A stretch of 62,055 bases of DNA, the filler included, from Sphacelaria rigidula (lineage: Eukaryota): assembly GCA_964200075.2 (NCBI GenBank). It is 9 parts of 9 records of this genome, joined end to end, with 100 filler letters (N's around TTAATTAATTAA, not from the genome) between each part and the next. Parts side by side here need not be neighbours in the genome. Positions count along the whole stretch, not along the records: positions 1 to 6,807 come from CAXNAA020017985.1; positions 6,908 to 13,714 come from CAXNAA020017986.1; 7 more parts are not named here. One strand, given 5' to 3'. Positions 1 to 11,595 of this stretch are shown here, one piece after another. A program made the translations under genes and the position numbers. Within the stretch, counting starts at the first letter, position 1, and every line of letters starts with the position of its first letter. The notes under the pieces are model-generated. The model was given only the letters and a program-made list of their open reading frames with translations, searched no databases and was not told where the DNA came from.

Positions 1-917
1 CTTTCGTGCAAGAGAGATATGCCACTTCAGCCCCATATTTTGTTTGAACCCCAAAATATAAAATCGGCTGTTCAATGTTAACCCGGGAAAATTAAATGTG
101 CACCCCGGTGCACCATCGACCTTTATGTGCACCCTCACCACTAGTCGCATGGTCGAGTCTTCTGGACTTCCCACTGCCAGCTCGAAAACGGAAAAGTGCT
201 CTGTGTTGATTGTTTTGAAGCTCAAATTTCTCTGCTCGCTCATCTCCATCCTCCATCCATGTATGATGCACACCGACAGACTGAAGGGAAAAGAGGTGAT
301 GCTTTGTGTACCGAGAGAAGCACAGTAAACCCAAGGTAAAGAGTGCATGGCGTGTACTGGAATAGACAACATCACGGCGACTACATTATATTCTACTGTC
401 TGTCAGTTGCGCTAAGTCTATCGGTAACACCATGACGTCCACCGTGCCATCTCTTCAGCAAAGTGAGTTTTGTTCTACAGACAGGACGGTACACATGACC
501 GTGTAGTACTACTGTATGTACACGGAAGCAAAAACACACACACACAACAGTACAGCGCAGTCGTCCTATTCTCGGTCATCCCGCTGCGTTTATCCCTTGG
601 TCGATCAGAATTGCTGAAGGATCAGATTCCACCAAAGCCCCGGGAAGCGTGATCCCTCCCTGCCGCCAGCTGTAAATTCAAGCCTTATTTGATCACCATG
701 GTGGGCATTTTTGAAGTGAAAATTGTGCCGAAGAAACAGAGAGCCCACCCTCGGTGTGACATGTTCTCGATGTTCTTTCAAACAACAGCGGACGGATGCT
801 GTAGGGCTTCGAGTAGACTTTACCACTTCTTAGTTCAAGATAGTTCTCGGAAATCCACGGCTTGTGGACAGGTGCAGTGTTGAATTTTAGTGTAGACACC
901 GAGTTCCGGATCTTCAA

Positions 918-1014
918 CCCTTTGACCTCGAAGGGAGGTTATCGTTTGAATCGACATCAACTTCACTTGAAAAAGTATGCGTGATTCAGATGGACTACCC
1001 TCGCGGTCTAAGGG
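918..1014. mobile_element. ~97-bp piggyBac-like MITE, copy 1
   Basis: TIR CCCTT(T/A)GACC..CG...CGCGGTCTAAGGG; flanks TCAA/TTAG (degenerate TTAA); homologous in opposite orientation to 13111-13208 and 41855-41955. Confidence 0.7.
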
Positions 1015-1049
1015 TTAGCCCTTAGCCCGTGATTCGGGTGTGCCTGTTG

Positions 1050-1300
1050 TCGTCCCATTTGTTTTTGGTACTCCATCTTCCTTCTGCGGTGCTTGCCCTT
1101 CCTTCTTTGTCGCGAGATGGGTTCAGCAGTACCTTTCCATCGTCCACTATCAAGTTGAGTTCCATGTACCCACGACATAGTCGCTCTCCACTGTTGGGCA
1201 TGGTGTGAGAAAAAATCCCAGATCGCTTCGAGATTCAAACCCACGACTCAACCGTCGAAAGATTCCGAGGTCATCGCCTGAGCCACTGCATGGGGCGACC
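1050..1300 (-). mobile_element. tRNA-headed SINE family A, degenerate copy
   Basis: Minus strand reads GTGGCTCAGGCG (A-box-like) ... GGGTTTGAATCTC (B-box-like); body (CCCACGACATA.TCGCTCTCCACTG on +) shared with 11078-11440 and 50095-50455. Confidence 0.65.
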
Positions 1301-1499
1301 GCCGCGGCGCGGGTAGTCCATCCCTGTCAACCATCGTGTACGAACATTTCATCAGGTCTACAACTCTAAGGGTCAACGGGCCTCTTATTATGCTAGAAGC
1401 CAAAGTATCGTGTAACAATGTAAAAGACGAATGTCACGCCGGTCCGAAACAGATGTGACTTTCAATCGGATCTTCAACTCTCCATTTCACGAAAACATT

Positions 1500-2482
1500 G
1501 TTATTTTTGTCTTCGCCCGTTGTCGGCCCCAACTTTACAGAAACAGAGGCAGGGATTTCCGAGTACCCCCTCACCTCAAAACGCTTCAGGAGCGTGTCCG
1601 TGAACGTGGTTTGCGTCACAGACAGCGTGCCTCTCTCCCAGTCTTCATCCACTGCGCATCCCATGTACCAGGTGGCCTCTCTGAGATTGTTCGTAGAGAA
1701 CGTTTTCATACCCTGGACGATAGAGTACACGGTCAAAAAATGTACTGCGTACAGTATGGAATCTATTGCCTATAGTACGTTTTGTTCAGGGTTTTGCCCA
1801 CCTTTCCTACGTTTCCCTCAGAACCACTGATAAGAATGTCGTCCACGTTGACAGATATATCCACACGCACGTCTCCTGCATCCTCCACCCTGTAAACACA
1901 TGGGTCAGCCTCACACTGTACCATCCCGACATCCTCCAGTAAAGTTTGGCACAGAAGACGAGACCACTGCCTGCCCGCTTGCTTGACCCCGTGAATAGAT
2001 TTTTCCAGCTTCACGGTCACGTATGTCCAAACGGAGCAACCTTCAGGCAACCTCATGTACACGTCAGCGTCCATCTCTGCTTGAACGAAAGCCTGTGTCA
2101 CGTCAAACTGATACAGCGGCCACTCTTCCTGAACTGCCACTGCCATGACCAGTTTGATGGAGGCCATGGAGGGCGTTATCGCGAAAGTCTCGAAATAGTC
2201 GACTGCGAAACGTTGTCCGAACCCTCGTGCTACCAACCTTGCCTTTGCCTTCGTTACAGTACCATCTGCGCCAGTGTTCCAACTAAAAACCCACTTCGCA
2301 GAAATCACGTTTACTCCTTCCGGTACAGGGCCAGTCGAAAATGTTCCAGCCTTTTCATGACCTCCTAGTTCGGCCTGCATCACGCCTAGCCATGCCTCTC
2401 GAAACTCTGATTTTGCTATGTCATCCATTCTGGTGGGTGCTGCCTCGATCTCGCTTACATGTAGGCCAACCGGTGAACGCAA
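1500..2482 (-). pseudogene. Copia reverse transcriptase (RVT_2 family), interrupted and 3'-truncated
   Basis: Motifs ISAKWVF, KAKARLVARGFGQRFAVDYFETFA, QFDVTQAF, SIHGVKQAGRQW, DPCVY and VNVDDIL; continues after a 77-bp insertion as FSTNNLREATWYMG...LSVTQTTFTDTLLKRF. Confidence 0.93.
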
Positions 2483-3227
2483 ACCGAATTCAGGCTGCCC
2501 TAGTCTGTTTTCCTCAGCAACAAAACTCGTTTTCGGCTAACTCGTTTTGGGTCGAGGCGACTGCATCTTGTCCGGCCACCTGTCCTGCTGCCGCGGTGAT
2601 CTCCATGGTTGAGCATTTGTCCTCGGCCATTCCCGCCAGCGCCATCTCCGCTTCCTTTTTGCTCCCCTCCGCTCCGCTAGCCACCAGCGTTTCGCGTCGT
2701 GTGTGTGCCGACCCCATGGCCTCGCGCGTTTGGCTCCTCGTACGCCCCGCCCTTGGTGTTGGTAACCGGTCAGCCCACGCAAGACGGCGTTGCTCGGTCC
2801 TCGGGAGTTGAGGAGCGTCGCCGCCTCCTCGCCGTCTTGCGAGGGGCCCGTGGAAGAGGGTGGCAGTGCGGGCGACGAGGAAGTGTCCGATGCCGATGTG
2901 AGCGTCGGCGTAAGTGTCGGCGTATGCGCTGGTGTTAGCGTTGATGATGATGACGATGATTCCAGCTCCGCCTCACCCCCTCCGTTGACAAATTCTGGAA
3001 CGGGGATCTCTAGTATCACCCCGCCTTCCCCCCCCCTCGCAGGGACGGTGAAGGCACTTCACCCCCTCCACTACTGACGGGGATCTGCGGTGCCGCTCCG
3101 CCCCTCCCACCGACAGAACTCGGCGGGGAGGACGGTGCGCTTGAGGAACCGCTGGACGGAGTGTCCACTGTCGAGATTTCCGTCCTTTCTTCACTTACTC
3201 CCTGGCCTTGATCGACGCTGGAATCCT

Positions 3228-5045
3228 TCAGCTCGCCCGGCGTCTGGATCGCTTGCCGTAGTACTTACCCCCCCGCCCAACAGTCAATGCATACTCGCTT
3301 GTGTCGCCGTTGATGGTGGTGTCGAAAGAGGTGAAAGCCTCCCCATCCGCCACCGAACAAACGGAGGAGCCGTCGCTGTCGTCGGTCGCGCCCATCGCCA
3401 TCACCACGTCTTCTTTCTTCGCTGTCAATCTCGGACAGTCCCAGAACGTGTGCCCCTGCTGACTGCACCTCCCGCGGTATCTCTTCGGGCAGTTCCTGGC
3501 TCGGTGCGTCGTGTCCTCGTCGCAAACGTGGAAGCGGGGCAGCTTCCCAGTCGCCGGTTTGCCGTCCAACAATGCCGACCCAGAGCTACTTGAACTCTGG
3601 CTCCCGCCGTTTTTCTGACCAGAACCGTGTTTTTTTTTCGATTTTCCCTTGCGGTGTGCACCGCTCGGTTTTCCGGTCCCACCCCTGGCAAGGAGAGCCT
3701 GGTCGCCCGGGGATGACTTCTTTCCCCGGGAAAGTTCCTGCTTCAAAGATGTCGATTCGAAGCGCTTTCGGATCGAAGTCAACACAACCTCCCGTGTCAG
3801 TGGCCCCTCTCGATCCTCGAGCATTTGCTTCTGAATGTGACACTCGAAGGGCAATGCGTTGAGGTATTTTAAGAGGATGTGGTTTTCGCTTGGTCGTTCA
3901 TGCTCCTCGTATGAGCCCAGGTTACGTGAAATTTCCTCCATCTCGAGCAGCTTCTGCTCTGGGTTATCAAGAACACCAATCTTGACTGCATTGAACTTTT
4001 CCAACAAAGAGGTTCTCGCTCCATTTGTTTTGGGGCGAAATGCATCCTTGAGTTTTCTCCAAACCGCACCTGGTGAGTGGACTCTGACCAAAATATCTTG
4101 CTCACTCTTTCCTTCTAAACTGGCAATAACCATCCGTCTCGCCCTCACGTTGGCTGCCACTGTGTATTTCCCGTGTCTACCTTCCAGATACCTCAGTGCT
4201 AATTCAGGATTACCAACATCTACGTCATGCGAACTATCGCCGGCTATGAGTGATGCTACGGTACGGTTGCACTTTTTGAGCGAAAATGTTTCTCGGGGTG
4301 TTGCACGCATCATTTTGAGAATCGGTATCCTTTTCACTTGAAAAAGACTGAAAATGATGCCGCTTCACGAAAAGGCCCCTGTGTGCATCTCCATGCCCTG
4401 TCCCCGGAGATTTGGGTCGCACAGTAAGCCCCATATATTTGGGCTCCTACAAACGAAACCCAGAAAAAAAGTGCAACCCCTATCGTAGCATTGGTCCCAT
4501 GGTAAACACCCAGTCAATTCCTTCGCCCCTCGCGAAGTTGACCAGCTCATGTCTGTATCGAGCATAATCGGCGTTCTTCCCTGAAAATTTTGGAACGTTC
4601 TGTCGAAAAGCGGAAATCCCTGACACCTTTCCACTTTCATCGTTTACTAGGATTGACTCACGTGCGGGGACAAAGCCCCTAGCTCCGTCACGTGTGGCCT
4701 CGTTGTCCCCTGCGTCGCGCGCTCCTTCCTCTGGAACAGCTTGACCCCCGATGTATCGTCGGTCTCTTCGAACTCCGGCACCATGTCGTTCCACTGTTTT
4801 ATTCGTATTGAATTCCCCTGTTGACTATGGGAACCATCACTATCGAGGACGCCATTGGTTTTTGCGCCCCCGGCCTCTTTTCCTGCCCTCATATCGTCCA
4901 TGTTGCTCTGTAAAGCAGCTTGGTTTAACTGCAAATCACGCAGTAGCTGAGTCATAGAACTCAGTCGGCTATTCACCTCCCCCAATTGCTCAATAACACC
5001 CTGCTCACCGACTACAGTAGCAGGCCTACTACCTTGATCTGCCAT
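3228..5045 (-). pseudogene. Copia gag with two degenerate CCHC zinc knuckles, frameshifted and MITE-interrupted
   Basis: ORF pieces 4647-5054, 4480-4794 and 3228-4337; VPKFSGKNADYARYRHEL, SPGAVWRKLKDAF, LLKYLNALP, HVCDEDTTHRARNC and GRCSQQGHTFWDC. Confidence 0.85.
4248..4496. mobile_element. ~250-bp MITE with GAG termini and 4-bp TSD (Sola2-like), copy 1, inserted in copia gag
   Basis: TIR ~GAG(C/T)(A/G)ATGCTACG(A/G)TAGGGGTTGCAC; TSD CTAT/CCAT; homologous to 25954-26207; removing 253 bp restores the gag frame (WVFT-IAGD). Confidence 0.85.
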
Positions 5046-5054
5046 CCTGCCCAA

Positions 5055-5066
5055 CCAGTTGTACCA
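5055..5066 (-). promoter_or_regulatory. Putative primer binding site (TGGTACAACTGG)
   Basis: TGG-starting 12-mer 4 nt after the candidate LTR end and just upstream of the gag ATG (5045); cognate tRNA not identified. Confidence 0.45.
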
Positions 5067-5070
5067 CTAG

Positions 5071-5261
5071 TGTATTCCGTGGCCCGTGGCGAAGGATAGA
5101 TAGTTTTATATTTTGTATTATTGGAGAGTGTCTTGACGGAGTCGACCCTATGATAGGGGGATCAGATGTAGAGTGGGCTCAGGTGGCAGCGAAGCAGCTG
5201 GCCTGAGCGTGGTACTGTAGCCACACACATTTGACTACCAGTACCCGTGCGTCAGTATACA
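5071..5261 (-). repeat. Candidate 5' LTR (~191 bp)
   Basis: TGTAT...ATACA inverted termini, internal TATAAAA on the minus strand, followed by a PBS-like site; no second LTR in the contig to confirm. Confidence 0.5.
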
Positions 5262-5452
5262 AATTTCTGCACATGTACATGTTCACTCAGTGTACCCGTT
5301 CACATGAACACAAGCAGCTTATACTGTACCGTTTTATATACATTACTCCGTCTGGCCAATGACAAAGACATGAACATCGAACGAATCAACTCCTTGATAG
5401 ATGCTTGGTTATGATACGGTATGCTATAGGGTAATGCTACTGTACCACCCGG

Positions 5453-6450
5453 CCGCGTTCGTCTCCTGTGCCTTGCATCGACACCACAACACTTGCAGTA
5501 CACTCACACAGTCTGTGACCATCGTTCAAGCCATCGCACGGTGCCAACGGCCTCGTAGCGAGAGAGAAACGCGTCTGCTGCACAGTGCCAAACAATACCG
5601 TCAACGGCTGGAGGTGGACATAGGTTATGTCCAAGTCGCGACTTGGACATAGCTCATGTCCACCTCCAGCGATTGAAATACCTGTCCGCGCTCGTCCCAT
5701 GTGCCTTGAACCAGCACTACAACACCCGGAATACACTCACGCAGCCCGTAGCCATCGTTCGAGCCATCGCACGGTGCCAACGGCCTCGTAGCGAGAGAGA
5801 AATGCGCCTGCTGCACGGTGCCAAAAAATACCGCTGCCCGACTGGAGGTGAACATAAGCTATGTCCAAGTCGCGACTTGGACATAGCTTATGTTCACCAC
5901 CAGCGATTGGGATACCTGTCCGCGCTCGTCCCATGTGCCTTGCGTCGACACCACAGCACCTGCAATATCCTCACACAGTTCGTAGCCACCATTCAAGCCA
6001 TCGCACGGTGCAAACAGCCTTGTAGTGGACGAGAAACGCGCCTGCTGCACAGTGCCAAGGAATACCGCCACCCGACTAAAGGTGGACATAAGCTACTATG
6101 TCCAAGTCGCGACTTGGACATAGATTATATTCACCACCAGCGAGTGGAATATCTGTCCGCGCTCGTCCCATGTGTCCTGTATCGACACCACAGCAGCGGT
6201 CTGACAGTTCGTAGCCATCATTCAAGCTATCTTGCGTTGCAAACAGCGTCATAACGGACGAGAAACGTGCCTGCTACACACAGTGCGTTCCGCCACCCAA
6301 CTGGAGTTGGACATCATAATAAGCTACTGCATGTCCAACTCCAGCGAGTGGAACACCTATCCGCGCTTGTCCCATGTGCCTTGTATCGACACCATAGCAG
6401 CTACAATATACTCACACATTGCCCAGCCACTGTTCAAGCCACCGTAGGGT
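5453..6450. repeat. Tandem array of ~234-237-bp units, each with a ~62-bp palindrome
   Basis: Units start ~5453, 5686, 5920, 6157 and 6361 (CCGCGCTCGTCCCATGTGCC); palindrome centres TCGCGA at 5638/9, 5872/3 and 6109/10; degenerate fourth at ~6301-6344. Confidence 0.92.
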
Positions 6451-6807
6451 GCAATGCTAAAGCACGCGGGAGCAGTATCACGATGCTGTAGCAATTGGGA
6501 CTAGATATACAACATTGGCCTTCTTCCCCGCAGCTCCTACAGCCGTGGGAAATCGACCCACTAGTTGTGTGTCGAGGACATCACCGGTGAGACGACGAAA
6601 GGGTCGATTTATGGAGCCATTTTCGCGGCTGGTACGCGCTATCCGCACTTCGTACCCAAAAGCCCCAGGTTATACGGACAGCGTACGTAAATAACGTGCG
6701 GCGCGAGACAGCTGATCAACGTGTACATTTAACAGCAAATTGTGAGAATTGAGGTTTAACTCTGAATTGAGGCTCAAGTGGGCAACCCAACTTTCAAACT
6801 GTTTGTA

Positions 6808-6907
6808 NNNNNNNNNNNNNNNNNNNNNNNNNNNNNNNNNNNNNNNNNNNNTTAATTAATTAANNNNNNNNNNNNNNNNNNNNNNNNNNNNNNNNNNNNN
6901 NNNNNNN
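6808..6907. other. Artificial contig spacer (N44-TTAATTAATTAA-N44, stops in all six frames)
   Basis: The same 100-nt spacer recurs at 13715-13814, 20622-20721, 27528-27627, 34434-34533, 41340-41439, 48246-48345 and 55151-55250. Intervening contigs are 6807, 6807, 6807, 6806, 6806, 6806, 6806, 6805 and 6805 bp, i.e. length-sorted. Confidence 0.98.
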
Positions 6908-8284
6908 TCAACAGAATGCGGTGGAATTACGATGCACAGTTGGGCCGCACAGACAGGCAACCACCGGACTGTACTGTCTGTACTGTCTGTACTGTCTGTA
7001 CTGCTGCAAGATGCCTTCAAGGTCAACATCTCCATCATGGGAGAGAGCCACCGAGCCTAGAGTAGCATATGTCAGTAGTTTGGGGAAGTACCGCCTGAGA
7101 CTGCGCTATACTGCCACCAGAGCCAAGAACGTAGAGAAATGGTCGAGACAGTTTGAAACTGAGCAGGAGAGGCAGCAGCTTGCGGATGGGCAAAAAAATC
7201 ATGTGGTCATGTCGGGATTTGAACTCGTGACCTGTGCGATTGGTATCGGATATTTACCAGTTTGCCCACTGGGGCACGGGGACGCAGCCTCGTCACACGA
7301 GAACTGCTCGTCATAGCCCAATTCGACGAGTTATGGGCTGAAATTTTACAGGAGTGCCCGGGACACGATTGCCCACCGCCTGGTTGAAGGTACATTCTTT
7401 ACTTTGAATTTAACACGGAGTTATGGCGATTTTCCTGTTTTCGTGTAAACTTCAAGTCGCTCCATCTTTTTTTTTTTTTTTTCTTTTAATTTTACAGATA
7501 CCAGTCCTTTCCGGGCTGGCGATAAAAATGTTGTGTCAATTTTTCAGCGCCTAACTCTTCGAATTACCGCCTGTCGGCCCTTTCCTCTGTTTCGTTATCC
7601 TCACAGCTGGCCCAGCTCGTAGTGTTTTTTTTTATTTCAACGATATGGAGGCTGTATTTTTTTAGATCAGGCGCCCCAACACAGTACACCTGGCGTCTGA
7701 TGATACCGAAAGTTGACGTATGTGTGGACTGAAGCCACAGGTGGGTGTTGACGCAGCAGTTTCGGAGACCCAAGGCGTGTGACGCGCTGCGTAGCTTGAA
7801 AGGATATTAATGCAGGATGCTGCGGTGATAGCGAAAACAAGAACACGTTCTGATGATAATTGTCTCAATAAAGGGTGACGACATGAAATCCGCGCGGAGG
7901 CAGGAGTAGATCTTGACATCCTTGTTGTTTACATCGGCCATCAGTCGGGTGAGGCTGAGACCAAGACGAGAAATAACCACCAATTAAGGTTCTTCATATG
8001 TTAGAGGCAGTTGCCCTTGGGTTTCGTAAGCCGTGCCGAGCGAGACGCGGTCGTACAACGCAGCCTAGAGTGTGATCTGTCAAGGGCCACTGCGGACCTG
8101 TTCGGGCAAGGGGCAACGTCTCCTCCCTCGCAGTGCCAGACTTAGCGTGGTAGTTGCCACGACGGTCTGAGAATGACAGGGGCAGTTGCTCTTGTTTTCT
8201 TCTTCCGCCAGATTTGGTTTCTTCTGCTAGCCTGTGACCACGGAAGGCGTCCGCATAAGATGCCCAGTACCAATGTACCGCGCA

Positions 8285-8325
8285 GATATCGGAACGGCTT
8301 TTAATGTGAAGACAACAACAACAAC
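8285..8325 (+). mobile_element. Non-LTR retroposon 3' end with (CAA)n tail
   Basis: GATATCGGAACGG(C/T)TTT.ATG..AAGA followed by CAA repeats; same motif on the minus strand at 23900-23967 and 36899-36938. Confidence 0.55.
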
Positions 8326-9056
8326 CAGAATCAACCGGATATTCTTCGGTGGTGTGCTCCCACGTGAAGACATGTACCATTCTCTGGTAGGCGCGTGATC
8401 GCCGTTGTCCGAAGTTTTCATTTGGTTCCAGAATAAAACAGAATCCGAGTTGTAATTGGAAAAAAAATCACGGATAGATCGCGGGTATTCTAGCCCTGTC
8501 GATGGGTGGCTCGCACGGTACAGTAAGTATCATTGTAATGCCACTATTTCAAGAACAAACACACAGTGTCAACTTCGTCGGGTATTGCCGTGAGCAGATA
8601 CATACCGTGCAATAAACCCTTTCCCCTTTCGCAGTGATATGCATCCTTTCCCATCCGACTGCCAAATGAGCGATGGCTGGTCTGTAGCGACAGGTATCCG
8701 TGCAGATGTGGAGACCTCTCTTCCAAGCACGTCTGTTCCTCTTGTCTCGGCATATTTTGGGCCTTAGCCCATGACCGTTTCTGACTGACACCGCGGATGA
8801 TCAACTACACTTTCGATAAAATGTCTAGATAATGCATCCATTAATTTAATTAATCAATTCGTTGGTTGGTTAGTTGGTTGGGAATGAATGGTTTGGGGGG
8901 TTGTTGAAGTTTATTTTTTGGACAAGGAAAAGGCAATAGAAAGACAAAATTGAAAAGGAAGAACACTGGAAAAGAGAGTCAGTGCGTTGAATACAAGATT
9001 TTTTTTTTGCTGAGACCGTGTCTTATCGAGAAAAAAAAAAAAGTGTGGAAGGGAAT

Positions 9057-9335
9057 AAGCGTTCAAACGAGGCAGGCTGGTTTGTCGCCGCAACCATACA
9101 CCCGCCCGATCAATCAACATGCTGCTGTGGACACTTGTTCCCTTTCACGCTTCTATTTTTCGGTTACGATGGATAAGACACGGCCCCAGCCCAAGCAGTA
9201 TATCGAGACTTAAAAGGGGGCGTGAAGGGGAACAAGCGTTCAAACGCAGCATACTGCTTTGTCGCCGCAATGATACACCCGCCCGGCGATCAATCAACAT
9301 GCTGCTGTGGACGCTTGTTCCCTTTCACGTTTCCT
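9057..9335. repeat. Local duplication (~100-bp core, ~177-bp spacing)
   Basis: AAGCGTTCAAACG...GATCAATCAACATGCTGCTGTGGAC.CTTGTTCCCTTTCACG occurs twice. Confidence 0.8.
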
Positions 9336-9997
9336 TCTTCGATGACGACAAGACACAAGACACGGCCTGACTTTCGTTGCGAATGTTCGTGCGTTGCAAT
9401 TTTGATCACAAAAGCTGTACAGGAAAATCAAAAGATGAGATGTCACCGCTAGGCAGGACTGTTGTGTTGTAAGAACAAGATTCAGAGAGCTTCAACTCAT
9501 GCTCGAGAAGTCGAGTCATGAGGGCCAAGCGCTTCTCGTCCGTAATGGCAGTCGTGCAGGAGTAAGTAATGGCTCACGAAAGCATCGTGAACACAAACAT
9601 AGCGCATAGATGTGGACGGAAACCTCAACCTCACAGCTTCGGCAGTGTTTGTTATGAAAACTGGTGGGAGCTACGGCATTCACACACTTCACAGAATGCG
9701 TTGTCGTATGCCTTCTAAACTCGTTGTGCCCGAGCTTCTCTCTTCCCCGTCTCTGCATGAATACCAGTACTGTAGTGTAACGTCAACTGCGTAGCTACAA
9801 CCGTAACCTGGTGGCAACGGTTAACAACTACCACGTCAGCAACCCATCATGGATGTTTCGTGTGACCATGTCCAGGCTCTCTCCCCCCCGTTGTTGGACA
9901 AATGCGGATGTACGGTTAGTACTCCCAGGCCACCATGTGTACTATTTGTCGTGTGCAATTCATATGTCTACGGGTGGCTTTTACACAAGTATCACGG

Positions 9998-9998
<1 letters not shown>

Positions 9999-10036
<38 letters not shown>
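9999..10036. repeat. (CA)n microsatellite
   Basis: Pure AC dinucleotide run. Confidence 0.9.
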
Positions 10037-10037
<1 letters not shown>

Positions 10038-11077
10038 GGGACGGGGTGAAGAGACCTTTGCCGTACTTTTACAAAGATGAGAGATATCGCCAAGGTTTCA
10101 CCAACATCCTGGTGGAAGTCCATTATGCAATTCTTGCGCCTTGTTCATCTCACAGGTCATCTACGGGTTTGCTTTCACATAAGCACCCAAGCAACACACA
10201 TCGAGGGAGGCGAGAAATATCTCCAAGGTTTCACCAGTATTCCGGTTTCGCAAAATAAGAGTACTTACGACGCACCGTACGGCGCCAGCAAGCCTGACGG
10301 TCAGTCGGTGCAGTTGGCATACCCGGCGCGCGCAAAGCAAGTATATACCGTAGCGACGGCGATTGGCACCCTTCACAGAGTACAGTTTCTGATGACTGCA
10401 GACATGGTAATTTCATCAGCTCGAGTCGGGAGATCGAAAGTGGAGAGTGGCTGGTCAACAAGACAGACCTTGGCAGGACGGTGAAAATACAAACGGTACC
10501 TCGTCTACTAGATACTTGTCAGCAGGCAGGGACATGAGCCTAGTGCCATGGCTCAGATTTAGGCCATGGGAAATGTTGACGGTTGACGGGTTGGAGAGGG
10601 GAGTCTGAACTGTATACAACAGACGGTAGTGGTAAAAGATGGACTGGCCGAGACAGTTGTGCAACACAGATGCGTTACATGTTGCTTGATGCCAACAACA
10701 CGGCCCTCAAATTCGACAAATACCCCCCACACACAGCACGTTTCTGTAACCAACCCCATAGTGTTGCGCTACAACACGCTCTAAAGGATGCAAATGTTTG
10801 TGGCGTTGAAGTCAAGACGGTGCCAAAAACGAAAGAATCTTCACCATATTCCATAGTACTGCTATCAGCAGAGTCGCCGCCAAATACGATGATGAGCAAA
10901 CTGCTTCTGGTCAGCAGTCTGCCGCACCTCACGTGTCGGTATGTCCATCTTTGAAATAATGAAATATTTCAATTGTTCCCGACTGAACGGCCACTCTTGC
11001 GCTGCATCTCATACTGACTGTCATGTCTTATTTACTACCAAGTTTACTGTCCATTGTGCGTATCATCACCCGTTGGA

Positions 11078-11440
11078 CTGTGCTTTATCATGTCATCTAT
11101 TCTGACGCTGGTCTTCACCTTTCGGTATGCGCGTGCATCAGCCGGGGTCACACAGGAAGGAGGTCAACACAGCAAAGGTTCATTTCATGCAGGGGTTCAT
11201 TTTATTTTTCGTTTCTAGGACTCCACCTTCCTCCTGCGTTGGTCCCTTCTGTCACATGTCGAGAAGGGTTAAAAAAAAGCCCCTTCTCCTCGTCGACCGT
11301 TGTGTCGAAATTTTGTCTACCCACGACATAATCGCTCTCCACTGTACCGTTTAGCATGATGGGAGAAAAATCCCGGGTCGAGTCACTTCACCGAGCTTCG
11401 AAATCCAAGACCCAAGTGTCAGAAGGTTTTGAGGCTAAGG
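11078..11440 (-). mobile_element. tRNA-headed SINE family A copy
   Basis: Colinear with 50095-50455 and 54830-55020 (CATCTATTCT.GACGC..GTCT.CACCTTTCGGT.T...). Confidence 0.75.
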
Positions 11441-11595
11441 CACGGGGGTAACCAGCAACGGCCGTACAACTGTTGTAGAACAGGAGGGGAGAGTAGGCCA
11501 CAGACAGTAGAACGATACAGCACAAGTCAACTATGGTGATGAGTAGAACAAAATCTGAGCAAAGATGGAATCACAAGCGCTCGACCAACACTCAC

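Larger units (their letters stand above)
1500..5261 (-). mobile_element. Decayed Ty1/copia LTR retrotransposon (5' LTR, gag, linker, partial RT; protease/integrase and 3' end not recognisable)
   Basis: gag-like and copia RT ORF fragments in copia order on the minus strand, with a candidate LTR and PBS upstream. Confidence 0.9.

Noticed and set aside
5545-5580. GAAACGCGTC resembling a minimal hammerhead ribozyme in the 234-bp array
   Set aside because: No upstream CTGANGA core, and the GTC site is not kept in the other units.
6550-6610. AAATCGACCC...GAAAGGGTCGATTT hairpin resembling a type III hammerhead
   Set aside because: The core reads CCGGTGA rather than CTGANGA, the NUH site is absent and stem II does not pair.
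6808-6907. Regularly spaced TTAATTAATTAA every ~6.9 kb
   Set aside because: Assembly spacer embedded in Ns; the periodicity reflects length-sorted contigs, and ORFs containing X run into it.
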